From Casimicrobiaceae bacterium (lineage in GTDB: Bacteria; Pseudomonadota; Gammaproteobacteria; Burkholderiales; Casimicrobiaceae): DNA of 64,000 bases. The stretch is taken from positions 11,784 to 75,783 of the forward strand of contig DASTGT010000055.1 in assembly GCA_035718935.1 (NCBI GenBank), in the 5' to 3' direction. Positions 1 through 9,492 of the stretch are shown one piece after another; position 1 is the first letter of the stretch, and each line of letters begins with the position of its first letter. Below the pieces are notes generated by a model. That model ran no database searches. It worked only from the letters and a program-made list of their open reading frames with translations, and was not told the origin of the DNA. A program made the translations under genes and the position numbers.

Positions 1-86
1 TACCACGTGTAGCCGACGGCGCCCGCGACGGCGAGGGCCGCGACGACGGGAAGCAGGACGAGGATCGCGAGCCGGCTTTTGCGCAT
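1..86 (-). CDS. 5' end of a divergent gene with an N-terminal membrane anchor (possibly GspC-like); runs off the window
   Basis: ATG at 86 gives MRKSRLAILVLLPVVAALAVAGAVGYTW. Divergent from gspG. Only 28 codons are visible. Confidence 0.35.
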   Translation of the reverse strand, partial: MRKSRLAILVLLPVVAALAVAGAVGYTW

Positions 87-164
87 GCGCAACGGAAGGA
101 CGTCGGTCCGCGAGGCGCCGGGCGCCTTCGCGCGTGCTTTACGACAATGTCATTATAATGAGCC

Positions 165-632
165 ATGGCCGCCGCAGCGGAGCGCCCCTCGTACCACGAC
201 GCCGGCGCGCGCGCGGCGGGACGCGGCTTCACGCTGATCGAGATCATGGTCGTCATCGTGATCCTCGGCGTGCTCGCCGCGCTCGTCGTGCCGAACGTGC
301 TGTCGCGCACCGACGATGCGCGCATCGCCGCGGCGAAGAGCGATCTCGGCGCCATCCGTCAGGCGTTGAAGCTCTACCGCCTCGACAACCAGCGTTACCC
401 GACGACGGAGCAGGGCCTCGCCGCACTCGTCACCAAGCCCACGATCGCACCCGCGCCGCCCAATTGGAAACCCGGCGGCTACCTCGAAAAGCTGCCGCGC
501 GATCCGTGGGGCCGGCCTTATCAATACCTGAACCCGGGCCTCAAGGGCGAAGTGGACATCTTTACGTACGGCGCCGACGGCGAGCCGGGCGGCAACGGCG
601 CCGACGCCGACATCGGCTCGTGGGATCTGTAA
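165..632 (+). CDS. gspG: Type II secretion major pseudopilin GspG
   Basis: Prepilin motif G/FTLIEIMVVIVILG; ALKLYRLDN..YPTTEQGLAALV; DPWGRPYQY; DIGSW end. Confidence 0.96.
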   Translation: MAAAAERPSYHDAGARAAGRGFTLIEIMVVIVILGVLAALVVPNVLSRTDDARIAAAKSDLGAIRQALKLYRLDNQRYPTTEQGLAALVTKPTIAPAPPNWKPGGYLEKLPRDPWGRPYQYLNPGLKGEVDIFTYGADGEPGGNGADADIGSWDL

Positions 633-1120
633 GAACATCTCGCGCGGGCTTCACGCTGGTCGAGATGCTCGTGGTGCTGGTCGTGCTCGGCATCGTCGCC
701 GGGCTCGGCGTCGCACTCGTCGCGCCCGGCGAGCGCGACCTGCAGGCGCGCGAAGCGCGCAGGTTTGCCGGCGCGCTCGAATACGCGGCCGCGCGCGCGC
801 AGTGGCGCAACGAAAGCCTCGGCGTGTCGGCCGGCCACGGCAGCGTGCGCTACTGGCGTCGCGACGATGCGGGCGACCGCTGGCTGCCGGTCGCCGACGA
901 CGATGTCCTCGCAACGCAGGTATTGGCGCCCCCGCTCGACGCCGCCGCGGTGGCGTACGCGGGCCGCATGGTGACGCCGGACGCGATCGTTCCGCTGCGC
1001 GCCTCGGGTCGCAACGAGCCCCTCGCATTCGCGATCGAGACGCCGCGCTTTCGCACGCTCGTGGCGCTCGATCCGCTCAATCGCGCGGCGATCACCGGAC
1101 CGCTCGCGCTCGAGCCGTGA
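620..1120 (+). CDS. gspH: T2SS minor pseudopilin GspH
   Basis: G/FTLVEMLVVLVVLG motif. GTG at 620 chosen over the ORF-track start at 134. Follows gspG. Confidence 0.85.
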   Translation: MGSVRTSRAGFTLVEMLVVLVVLGIVAGLGVALVAPGERDLQAREARRFAGALEYAAARAQWRNESLGVSAGHGSVRYWRRDDAGDRWLPVADDDVLATQVLAPPLDAAAVAYAGRMVTPDAIVPLRASGRNEPLAFAIETPRFRTLVALDPLNRAAITGPLALEP

Positions 1121-1494
1121 TCCCGCGCTGCCGCGCGTTCACGCTCGTCGAGGTGCTGGTCGCGCTCGCGATCGTCGCCGTCGCGCTCGCGGCCGGCATG
1201 CGCGCCGTGGCGCAAAGCGCCGACGGCGCCGGCGCGCTCAAGGCGCGCACGCTCGCGCTGTGGGTCGCGCAAAACCGGCTCGCGCAGGCGCAACTCGCGC
1301 GGCCAAGGCCCGCGCGGGGCGTCACCGAAGGCGGCGAGACGCAGGCGAACATGCGTTTCGTGTGGCGCCAAACGGTCACCGACACGCCGAACCCGGCGTT
1401 TCGCAAGATCGACATCGTCGTCGCCGATCCGGCGGTCCCCGACTACGCGCTCGCGCATCTCGCGGGCTACGTCGCCAATGCCGTCGCGCCGTAA
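1117..1494 (+). CDS. gspI: T2SS minor pseudopilin GspI
   Basis: A/FTLVEVLVALAIVAVAL, ALWVAQNRLA, TPNPAFRKIDI. GTGA overlap with gspH. Confidence 0.9.
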   Translation: MIPRCRAFTLVEVLVALAIVAVALAAGMRAVAQSADGAGALKARTLALWVAQNRLAQAQLARPRPARGVTEGGETQANMRFVWRQTVTDTPNPAFRKIDIVVADPAVPDYALAHLAGYVANAVAP

Positions 1495-2080
1495 GTCCGC
1501 TCGCGCCGGGTTCACGCTCGTCGAGGTGCTGGTCGCCGTCGCCATTCTCGCGCTCGTCGCGACGATCGCGTGGCGAGGGACGGCGGCGATGACCGACGCG
1601 GAGGCGCGGCTCGGTGCGGAGAGCGCGCGTTGGCAACGGCTCGATGCGTTCGTCGCGCGGCTGGAAGGCGACATGCGCCTCGCGATTCCGCGTGCCGTGC
1701 GAAGCGGCAGCGCGCGCGAACCCGCATGGTGGTCGGCGCCGGACGACGCGCAGGGCGACGTCGCGCTCGTGTTCACGCGCGCCGGCCCCGATGCGCAAGA
1801 CGAGCCCGGAGTCGGTGGGCAACGCGTCGGCTATCGGCTGCGCGACGGCCGCATCGAAGTGAGCTACTGGCCGCAACTCGATCGTCCGGCGACGGTGGCG
1901 CCGCTCGCCTACGCGCTCGTCGACGGAGTGGCGCGGCTGCGCATCTGGCAACTGACCACCGATGGACGCTGGAGCGAGCAATGGCCCGCCGCAGGCTCGC
2001 CACCGATTCCGCGCGGCGTGCGTATCGAGATCACGCTGCGCGACGGCAGCGTCATCGAGCGCTGGCTGGCGCTCTCGTGA
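1478..2080 (+). CDS. gspJ: T2SS minor pseudopilin GspJ
   Basis: G/FTLVEVLVAVAILA, QRVGYRLRDG, WPQLD, PRGVRIEITL. Confidence 0.9.
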   Translation: MPSRRKSARAGFTLVEVLVAVAILALVATIAWRGTAAMTDAEARLGAESARWQRLDAFVARLEGDMRLAIPRAVRSGSAREPAWWSAPDDAQGDVALVFTRAGPDAQDEPGVGGQRVGYRLRDGRIEVSYWPQLDRPATVAPLAYALVDGVARLRIWQLTTDGRWSEQWPAAGSPPIPRGVRIEITLRDGSVIERWLALS

Positions 2081-3003
2081 CGACGCGCGGGATGCGCACG
2101 CGGCCTTCACAACGCGGCCTTGCGCTGATCGTCGCGATGCTGATCGCTGCGCTCGCCGCCGCGGTTGCGGTGTCCGTCGCAACCGCGCAGTCGCAGTGGT
2201 CGACGCGCGTGCTGCATCGGCGCGATCAGGTCCAGGCACAATCGATCGCCCTTGCCGGCATCGCGTGGGCGCGGCAGATCCTCGAGCAGGACGGGCGATA
2301 CGCAGGCGCGGTCGATCACCTCGGCGAGCCGTGGGCGCTGCCGCTGCCGCCGACCCCCGTCGACAACGGCGACGTCGAGGGACGCATCGTCGATGCGCAG
2401 TCGATGCTGAACGTCAACAATCTCGCGAGTGCGGCGCACGCGGCGTTCGAGCGTGGCGTGTTTTCGCGCTTTTTCGCCGCACACGGCGTGCCGCTCGCCT
2501 TGCTCGCGTCCATCGTCGACTGGGTCGACGCCGACGACGTCCCGCAAGAGGACGGCGCCGAAGACGCGTGGTACCTGCGCCAAGCGCAGGCGGCGCTCGC
2601 GGCGAACGCGCCTGCGACGCGGCTCGACGAGCTCGCGTACACGCGCGGGATGTCGGCGGCGTCGATGCGCCGGCTCGTGCCGTTCGTGACGGCGCTTCCC
2701 GTCGACACGCCGCTCAACGTGAACACCGCCTCGGCGGACGTGCTCGCCGCCTCGCTCGCGAATGCGACCGCCGAAGGCGTCCTCGCACTCGTCGCGAGTC
2801 GCGCTCGGCAACCCTTCGCGTCGGTGCAGGATTTTCGCGCGCGTGCCGGCGTCGCGATCGGCGACGAGGCGATGTACGCGGTGGCGAGCCACTACTTCAT
2901 CGTCACCGTCCGCGCGCGACAAGGCGATACGATCGCCCGCGCGCGCGCCCTGATCGCGCGCACCGACGGGACGTCCGCGATCGTCTGGCAGACGATCGAG
3001 TAG
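2077..3003 (+). CDS. gspK: T2SS minor pseudopilin GspK
   Basis: QRG/LALIVAML, DHLGEPWALPLP, IVDWVDADD, NVNTASA. Start is GTG 2077 or ATG 2092. Confidence 0.92.
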   Translation: MTTRGMRTRPSQRGLALIVAMLIAALAAAVAVSVATAQSQWSTRVLHRRDQVQAQSIALAGIAWARQILEQDGRYAGAVDHLGEPWALPLPPTPVDNGDVEGRIVDAQSMLNVNNLASAAHAAFERGVFSRFFAAHGVPLALLASIVDWVDADDVPQEDGAEDAWYLRQAQAALAANAPATRLDELAYTRGMSAASMRRLVPFVTALPVDTPLNVNTASADVLAASLANATAEGVLALVASRARQPFASVQDFRARAGVAIGDEAMYAVASHYFIVTVRARQGDTIARARALIARTDGTSAIVWQTIE

Positions 3004-3017
3004 GTAAACTGCGCGCC

Positions 3018-4211
3018 ATGCTGCTTGTCTACGTCGCAGAGCCGCCGGCGAGCACGCGCGCCACCCCGTGGGTGCGCGTCGATGCGCGCGGCGAGGCCGT
3101 CGCCCGCGGCGAGGTGCGTGGCGCGCAGTGGCCGCACGACGACGACACGGTGGTCGTGCTCGCCGCGTCGCAGGCGCGGCTCGTCGCGCTCGACATGCCG
3201 CCGATGTCGCGCGATCGACTCGAGCGCGCGGTGCGTCTCGCACTCGACGACGCAATCGCCAGCGACGCCGACGACACCGCGATCGCGATCGCCGATCCGC
3301 ACGACGGCAAACTGCTCGTCGCGCTCGCGTCGCGCACGACGATCGACGCCATCGAGCGCGCGGTGCCTCGGGTGCGCATCGTCCCCGAGGCCGCACTTGC
3401 ACCGAAGCTCGCCGATTGGATCTGGTGCCGGCCGGCGGGCGGCACGCCGTTCGTGCGACGCGACGACGGGAGTGCGTTCACGGTGAGTGAGCCCGTCGTC
3501 CCAGCCGAGCTGCCCCCGGAGATCGGCGTCGCGCTGAAGCAGGCGCGCACGCCGCCCGCGATTCACTGCGCTTTCGTGTGCACGGCGAACGAACGCGCGC
3601 AGTGGGCCGCCGCGGGCGGCGCGACGTTCGTGCCCGCGCCGCCGTGGCGCTTCGAGCAAGCATCGCGCGCAGCGATCGCGCGCGCGCCCGATTTCGCACG
3701 TCGGACCGGGCGTGAGACCGTCGCCGCGTCGTCGCCTTCCTGGCGCGCGTTTCGCCCCGCGCTGATTCTCGCCGGCCTCGCGCTCGTCGTGCATCTCGCG
3801 GGCCTCGCCTCGACGCGCGCATGGCTCGCCGTCGAGAATGCGCGTCTTTCACGCGCGATCGTCGACGAAGCAGCGTCGCTGCGCGACGCCGATGCGACGA
3901 CGCCGGAGCGCGCGGCCACTGCGATCGCGCGCACTGCCGCCGAGCGTCGACACGCGGCGGGCCTTATGGCGCCGAGCGACGCACTTCCGCTGCTCGCACG
4001 CGCGGCCCCGGTGCTGCGAAAGCTGCCCGCTGGAACCTTACGCTCGGCTCACTACGCGACGGACGCGTGGATGCTCGAGTTCTCGACGCTCGATCGCGAA
4101 AGCCTTTCGCGCGTGTCGCGCGCACTCGCCGACGCGGGCCTCGACGTGCTCGCCGCGCCCGTGTCGGGCGGCACGCGGATGCGCGTCGCGCTCGCCTCGA
4201 CGGCGCGCTGA
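3018..4211 (+). CDS. gspL: T2SS inner-membrane platform protein GspL
   Basis: Position after gspK; cytoplasmic domain with LDMPPMSRDRLERAVRLALDD, then one TM segment and a periplasmic part. Confidence 0.75.
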   Translation: MLLVYVAEPPASTRATPWVRVDARGEAVARGEVRGAQWPHDDDTVVVLAASQARLVALDMPPMSRDRLERAVRLALDDAIASDADDTAIAIADPHDGKLLVALASRTTIDAIERAVPRVRIVPEAALAPKLADWIWCRPAGGTPFVRRDDGSAFTVSEPVVPAELPPEIGVALKQARTPPAIHCAFVCTANERAQWAAAGGATFVPAPPWRFEQASRAAIARAPDFARRTGRETVAASSPSWRAFRPALILAGLALVVHLAGLASTRAWLAVENARLSRAIVDEAASLRDADATTPERAATAIARTAAERRHAAGLMAPSDALPLLARAAPVLRKLPAGTLRSAHYATDAWMLEFSTLDRESLSRVSRALADAGLDVLAAPVSGGTRMRVALASTAR

Positions 4212-4212
4212 A

Positions 4213-4758
4213 ATGGACCGTCTCCCACGCTCGCCCTGGTCGCGACCGCCATGGGGGCGCGTCGCTGGCTCGGGGCGGCCCGGCGCCACCGACGGCGCCG
4301 CCCGTCGCGTCGCGATGCTGCACGACATGTTCGAGCAACCGCTCGTCGTTTCGCTCGTCGCCATCGCGGCCGTCGTGGCGACGGTGCTCGTCACGTGGTC
4401 GGCGGATGCGTCGATCGCGCGCGCTCGCGAGGAGGTGCGTCGGCACGCGGCGATGCTCGACGTTGCACGCGCACGAACGGCGGAAGCCGTCGCCGCCGCG
4501 GCGCCGCTCGACGCCGCCGACACGAACGGCTCCGTCGAGCGCCTTCTTCGCGCGCGCGGAATCGCGTTTCGTCGCATTGCGAGCGACGCACAGTCGGACG
4601 AGGCAACCACCGTGCTCATCGAGGCCGTGCCGTTCGACGCACTGGTCGGCGTGCTCGACGTGCTCGCGCGCGACGCACGCGTGCGGCCGATCGAGGCGAA
4701 CCTCACCGCACGGGTCGAGCCGGGCGTCGTGCGCGCCGAGTTGCGATTGACGCGCTAG
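4213..4758 (+). CDS. gspM: T2SS protein GspM
   Basis: One TM segment, VPFDALVGVLDVL and EPGVVRAELRL C-terminus; position. Start uncertain. Confidence 0.7.
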   Translation: MDRLPRSPWSRPPWGRVAGSGRPGATDGAARRVAMLHDMFEQPLVVSLVAIAAVVATVLVTWSADASIARAREEVRRHAAMLDVARARTAEAVAAAAPLDAADTNGSVERLLRARGIAFRRIASDAQSDEATTVLIEAVPFDALVGVLDVLARDARVRPIEANLTARVEPGVVRAELRLTR

Positions 4759-4759
4759 C

Positions 4760-5503
4760 GTGCGCGTCGTCCTCGGCATCGTCGCCGGCCTCGCTCTGCT
4801 CGCCTGCGCGATCGTCGCCCTGGCCCCGGCTGCCGTGCTCGACCCACTCGTCGCATCGCGTAGCGAAGCCCGCGTGCGCCTCGCGGACGCGAGCGGTCTG
4901 TGGTGGCGCGGCGACGGCGTCGTCGCGTCCACCGACTCGCAGGCCAGAATGCCGATCGCATGGCACGTTCACCTGCTGCCGCTGCTTCGCGCGCGTCTGG
5001 TGGTCGAACTGGTGCCTGCACGCGCCGGCATGCCGAGCGGCACGCTCGCCGTCGCCCGCGGCGACGTCGAAGCGCACGCACTCCAGGTCACGTTACCGGC
5101 CTCGGTGCTGCCGGCGTTCGTCCCGGCGCTTTCGACCGTGACGCCCGGCGGGGACGTCGAGGTGACCTCCACGTCTTTCAGGTGGCGTGCAGCGCACGCC
5201 GACGGCCGTCTCGACGTGGTCTGGCGCGATGCGCGCCTCGCGCTCGTCGGATTTCCGATTTCGCTCGGCACCGTACGGGGGGCGGCGAGCGGGACGGCGG
5301 AAGGCATTGAGGGAACGTTCGAAAACCGCGGCGGCGAACTCGGCGCGCGGGGGACGTGGGCAATGCGCGGCGACGCGGTCGAGGGCGTGACCACGCTCAC
5401 GCCGACGAGCGCGACGCCCGCCGCGCTTCGCGCCGTGCTGCCGATGCTCGGCAAGCGCGCAGACGATGGCAGCGTGCGCGTCGAATGGCGCGGCCGCCGG
5501 TGA
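4760..5503 (+). CDS. gspN: T2SS protein GspN
   Basis: N-terminal anchor, APAAVL..RLADASGLWWRG motif; position after gspM. Confidence 0.75.
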   Translation: MRVVLGIVAGLALLACAIVALAPAAVLDPLVASRSEARVRLADASGLWWRGDGVVASTDSQARMPIAWHVHLLPLLRARLVVELVPARAGMPSGTLAVARGDVEAHALQVTLPASVLPAFVPALSTVTPGGDVEVTSTSFRWRAAHADGRLDVVWRDARLALVGFPISLGTVRGAASGTAEGIEGTFENRGGELGARGTWAMRGDAVEGVTTLTPTSATPAALRAVLPMLGKRADDGSVRVEWRGRR

Positions 5504-6327
5504 CGCGCACAGCCGCCGCACGCCGGCGTGCGAAGCGCGTTACGCCCGCCGGCAAAGCGTCGCATGCAGCACGGGCGACGCAACCCAACGCGCACGGGCG
5601 CGTCGTTGATAAGGCGGCGCCACGCGCGGCACACCGCCTCGCCTCGCTCGACACGCTCCGAGGTGTCGCGATCATCGCGATGATCGCGTACCACTTCTGC
5701 TTCGATCTGCGCTATTTCGGCATCACGCGCTCGGACTTCGAGCACGATCCGCGCTGGCTCACGGCGCGCGCGGCGATCCTGTCGTCGTTTCTGCTGATCG
5801 CAGGCATCAGCGCCGTCCTTTCGGCGCGCCAGCCGGTGCCGTTGCGGCACTGGCTCCGCCACGTCGGCGTGATCGCCATGGCGGCGCTGCTCGTGACCGC
5901 GGGTAGCGCGCTGGTGTTTCCGCAATCGTTCATCTGGTTCGGCGTGCTGCACGCGATCGCCGTGTCGCTCGTGGTCGCGAAACCGCTGGTGCGCCGTCCT
6001 TGGGTTGCAGCGATCGCCGGGGTCGTCGTGATCGTCGCCGGCCTCGTCTACGCCAGCCCGGCATTCGACCAGCGCATGCTCGGCTGGCTCGGCTTCATGA
6101 CGGCGAAACCGGTGACCGAGGACTACGTGCCGCTGTTCCCGTGGATGGGCGTGCTGTTCCTCGGCGTCGCGCTCGGGCACTTGCTCATCCGGACCGAGTT
6201 CCGCGCGATCGCGCCGTTGGCGCGGCTACCGCGCTGGCTCCCGTTCCTCGGCCGGCACAGCCTCGCCGTCTACCTGCTGCACCAGCCGCTGCTGTTCGCC
6301 CTGCTCTGGCTCGCGACGCGCGCTTGA
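5500..6327 (+). CDS. DUF1624 / heparan-alpha-glucosaminide N-acetyltransferase-like membrane protein
   Basis: LDTLRGVAIIAMIAYHFCFDL, FGVLHAIA, TEDYVPLFPW, GRHSLAVYLLHQP. Confidence 0.85.
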   Translation: MTRTAAARRRAKRVTPAGKASHAARATQPNAHGRVVDKAAPRAAHRLASLDTLRGVAIIAMIAYHFCFDLRYFGITRSDFEHDPRWLTARAAILSSFLLIAGISAVLSARQPVPLRHWLRHVGVIAMAALLVTAGSALVFPQSFIWFGVLHAIAVSLVVAKPLVRRPWVAAIAGVVVIVAGLVYASPAFDQRMLGWLGFMTAKPVTEDYVPLFPWMGVLFLGVALGHLLIRTEFRAIAPLARLPRWLPFLGRHSLAVYLLHQPLLFALLWLATRA

Positions 6328-6355
6328 GATCGCGTGTCGCGGTCACCCGCCCCCG

Positions 6356-7360
6356 TCAGTTCCCCGGCAGGTCGTGGATCTCGGGAAAGAACACGTCCTT
6401 CCACGAGGTCGGCTTCACCTTGATGAGGCCATGCGCGTACATGAAGTCGGCATACTTCATCACGCCCGTCGGCGTCAGCGTGTAGTCGATCCCCGGCGAG
6501 GTGAGCATCTTGTAGACCTGGTCCACGGTGAGCTTCGGACGCTCCTTCTCGACGTAGAGCTCGGCCGCCGCACGCTTGTCGCGATTGACGATGTCCGTCG
6601 CCTCGCGGAACGCGGCGAGCACCGCCGCATACGCCTTCGGGTTCTCGTCGCGGAACTTGCCGGTGCACCAAAGGACGGTGAACGTCGTCGGGCCGCCTGC
6701 GACGTCGTACGAATTCATCACCGTGTGCACCTTGGGGTCGGCGAGCTCCTGATACTGGAACGGCGGCGACGTCAGATGCGCGGTGATCTCCGACTGCCCG
6801 GACATCAGGGCCTGCATCGCGTCGGGGTGCGACATCGACACGGTGAGCGGGTCGAGCTTGTTGAACCCGGCGTCGCCGAATGCCTGGGCTGCCGCCATCT
6901 GCAGCGTGATCGCCTGTTGCGAGATCTTCACCGCCGGCAGCGCGATGCGGCTCTTGCTCGTGAAATCCTTGATCGTCCTGACGTTCGACTCGCGCGTGTT
7001 GAGCAAAAGCGGCATGGCGTTCATCGCGGCGAGCCCGTGCACCTTGAAGTTGTCGCGCGTGCGCGCCCACACCGTGATCAGCGGCGTCAGGCCTCCGGAG
7101 GCGATCTGCAGGTCGCCCGACAGCACGGCGTCGAACATGATGTTGCTCGCGGAGAATTTGTGCCACGTCACCTTGACGTCGCCGAGGCCCGCGGCCTTCG
7201 CGTGCTTCACGATGAGCTGGTCGCGCTGCATGACGAGGAACTGCAGATACGCCATTCCGTACTGCTCGGCAATCGTGATCTCGCTCACCTCGGCGCGCGC
7301 GATACCGGGCGGTGCGGCGAGCAACAGGCTTAACAGCGACACGAACAGGAAGCGCTTCAT
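6356..7360 (-). CDS. NitT/TauT (NMT1-like) ABC substrate-binding protein, orphan
   Basis: Signal peptide; QYGMAYL, IALPAVKISQQA, SHPDA, SPPFQYQEL. GAGGAG RBS. Confidence 0.85.
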   Translation of the reverse strand: MKRFLFVSLLSLLLAAPPGIARAEVSEITIAEQYGMAYLQFLVMQRDQLIVKHAKAAGLGDVKVTWHKFSASNIMFDAVLSGDLQIASGGLTPLITVWARTRDNFKVHGLAAMNAMPLLLNTRESNVRTIKDFTSKSRIALPAVKISQQAITLQMAAAQAFGDAGFNKLDPLTVSMSHPDAMQALMSGQSEITAHLTSPPFQYQELADPKVHTVMNSYDVAGGPTTFTVLWCTGKFRDENPKAYAAVLAAFREATDIVNRDKRAAAELYVEKERPKLTVDQVYKMLTSPGIDYTLTPTGVMKYADFMYAHGLIKVKPTSWKDVFFPEIHDLPGN

Positions 7361-7408
7361 GGCGATCTCCTCGATGTTCGACGTGCGAGTGGCGGTCGTG
7401 GACGTGAG

Positions 7409-8023
7409 TCAGCGGCCACCCGGGGGCGACCAGCAGCGGACGTGCGCCTCGAATGAGACGGGGGCGCGCGGTCGCGGCGTGGCATCCGGCGTGCCGAGGT
7501 AGAGAAACGCGACGATGAACGCATCGTCGTCGAGACCGAGTGCGCGTCTCACGCCGGCATCATACGCAGTCGCGCCGGTACGCCACATCCCGGCGAGGCC
7601 GAACGCGTGGGCGGCGAGCAGGAGGTTGTAGGCCGCAATGCCGGCGGCGATTTGCTGTTCGATTGCGGGGATCGCGACGCCGGCGCGCACCTGGGCGGCA
7701 ACGACGACGATCGTCGGCGCGCGCAGCGCCTTTGCCGCCTCACGCGCGAGCATCGCGTCGTCGGCATCGGGAACCCGCCGGCGCAGCGAATCGCACAGAA
7801 CGCGTCCGAACGCCTCGCGCGCGTCACCCTCGATGACGATGAAGCGCCACGGCGCGAGGCGGCCGTGGTCCGGACCACACATTGCCATTTGCAGTATCGC
7901 CCGCAGCGTGGCGCCGTCGGGGCCCGGCGGACGCAGCAACAGCGGGCTGCGCCGCGTCGACAGCAAATCGAGGCCGGCGGCGGCGCGCGTGCCGACGGAA
8001 ACGTCGGCGACGTCGCCGCTCAA
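7409..8023 (-). CDS. Nitroreductase family protein (YdjA-like)
   Basis: TRRS, PDHGRLAPWRF, AHAFGLAGMWRTG, FLYLGT. Confidence 0.9.
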   Translation of the reverse strand: MSGDVADVSVGTRAAAGLDLLSTRRSPLLLRPPGPDGATLRAILQMAMCGPDHGRLAPWRFIVIEGDAREAFGRVLCDSLRRRVPDADDAMLAREAAKALRAPTIVVVAAQVRAGVAIPAIEQQIAAGIAAYNLLLAAHAFGLAGMWRTGATAYDAGVRRALGLDDDAFIVAFLYLGTPDATPRPRAPVSFEAHVRCWSPPGGR

Positions 8024-8047
8024 CCCGGCGCTCCTTTTGCCGCTCGC

Positions 8048-8365
8048 CTATTCGAGCGCCGCGAACGTCTTGTAATGGATGTGCAGTGCGCCGTCATGGT
8101 AGCGGTGCGTGTAGAAGCTCTTGGCGGAGACCGCGGCACCCTTGTAGACGTTGGTGTTGTCCATCGCGGCGCACGCCTCCTCTGAGTCCCAGCCGCTCAC
8201 GTAGATCACCTCGTGCTCGTGGTGCTTCTCGACGCAGTCGGCGACGTAGATGAACCGGCAGCCCGGCATCTTCCGGATCGCCGGCGCGAGCGTCGTGTTG
8301 ATGAACTCGATGAACGCCTGTTTCTTCTCCGGCGGGACGGCGCCGTGCACGACACGAAGAATCAT
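8048..8365 (-). CDS. Small ABM / dimeric alpha+beta barrel-like protein, His-rich
   Basis: PAIRKMPGC...VSGWDSEEA pattern; AAGGAG RBS before ATG 8365. Confidence 0.65.
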   Translation of the reverse strand: MILRVVHGAVPPEKKQAFIEFINTTLAPAIRKMPGCRFIYVADCVEKHHEHEVIYVSGWDSEEACAAMDNTNVYKGAAVSAKSFYTHRYHDGALHIHYKTFAALE

Positions 8366-8482
8366 TGCAGCACTCCTTGGAGGGGACACGATGAGGCGAG
8401 CATCGTAGCGAGAATTCTTATCAACGCAAAAGACGAATATCGGCTGTCGTTATCAGCATCGTTGATATAAAGTCTTTCGCTT

Positions 8483-9430
8483 ATGAAGCTCCAGCAGCTG
8501 CGCTACTTCGTCGAGGTCGTGCGCAACGGCCTGAACGTCACCGAGGCGGCGCGCGCGCTCTACACGTCGCAGCCCGGCGTCAGCCACCATATCCGCCTTC
8601 TCGAGGACGAGCTCGGCTTCGAGGTGTTCGTCCGGCGGGGCAAGCGCTTGTCGGCGCTGACGCGCGCCGGACAGGACGTGCTGGCCATCGCCGAGCGCAT
8701 GATCGCCGACAGCGAGAACCTGCGCCGCCTCGCCGGCGAGGCCTCAGGCGAGGCGAGCGGCGACCTCGTCGTCGCGGCGACGTACACGCAGGCGCACGTC
8801 GCGCTGCCCAACGCAGTCCGCGCCTTCATGGCCCGCCATCCGAAGGTGCGTCTTACCATCCAGCCTTGCAGTCCGATCGACGCCGCGGAACGCGTGCGCC
8901 GGGGTGAGGCGACGCTCTGCCTCTCGACGGAAGTCGTCGGCGAGTTCGACGACCTCGTCATGTTCGAAGGCGCTGCGTGGCACCGCGGCGTCATCGCCCC
9001 GCTCGGGCATCCGCTGCTCCGCGTGCGCAAGCTCGACCTCCCGGAGATCGCGCGCTATCCGCTCGTCACCTACGATTTCGCGTTCCGCAAAGGCGCGAAG
9101 ATCCAGAGCGCGTTCGACGCGGCCCGCCTGACGCCACGGATCGTGCTCACGTCGACCGATCCGCGGATCATCAAAACGTACGTCTCGGCGGGACTCGGCA
9201 TTGGCCTGATCGCCTCCATCGCGTTCGAGAAGGCCGACAGCCGGCGCCTGCGCTTCCTCGATGCCCGCCACTTGTTCGAGTCGAGCGTGACGACCGTCGG
9301 CGTGCATCGCAACAGTTACGTCACGCGGTACATGCAGGATTTCATCCGCCTCGTCCTGCCCGGCATCGATCGCGCGACGATCGACGCGACGATGGCCGAG
9401 CGCAGTCTGCAGCGGCGCGCCGCGCGCTGA
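8483..9430 (+). CDS. LysR-family regulator, CysB/Cbl-like
   Basis: MKLQQLRY..NVTEAARALYTSQPGVS, FVRRGKRL, ATYTQA, YPLVTYDF, IKTYV. Confidence 0.9.
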   Translation: MKLQQLRYFVEVVRNGLNVTEAARALYTSQPGVSHHIRLLEDELGFEVFVRRGKRLSALTRAGQDVLAIAERMIADSENLRRLAGEASGEASGDLVVAATYTQAHVALPNAVRAFMARHPKVRLTIQPCSPIDAAERVRRGEATLCLSTEVVGEFDDLVMFEGAAWHRGVIAPLGHPLLRVRKLDLPEIARYPLVTYDFAFRKGAKIQSAFDAARLTPRIVLTSTDPRIIKTYVSAGLGIGLIASIAFEKADSRRLRFLDARHLFESSVTTVGVHRNSYVTRYMQDFIRLVLPGIDRATIDATMAERSLQRRAAR

Positions 9431-9492
9431 CGCGCGCGCTCGCGCCGAGACGCCGGCGCTATGCTTGGCGGCCCAACGACCGGGAGAACCCC

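Noticed and set aside
165-5503. T2SS apparently lacking gspD/E/F
   Set aside because: The cluster is cut by the window edge, so absence cannot be inferred.
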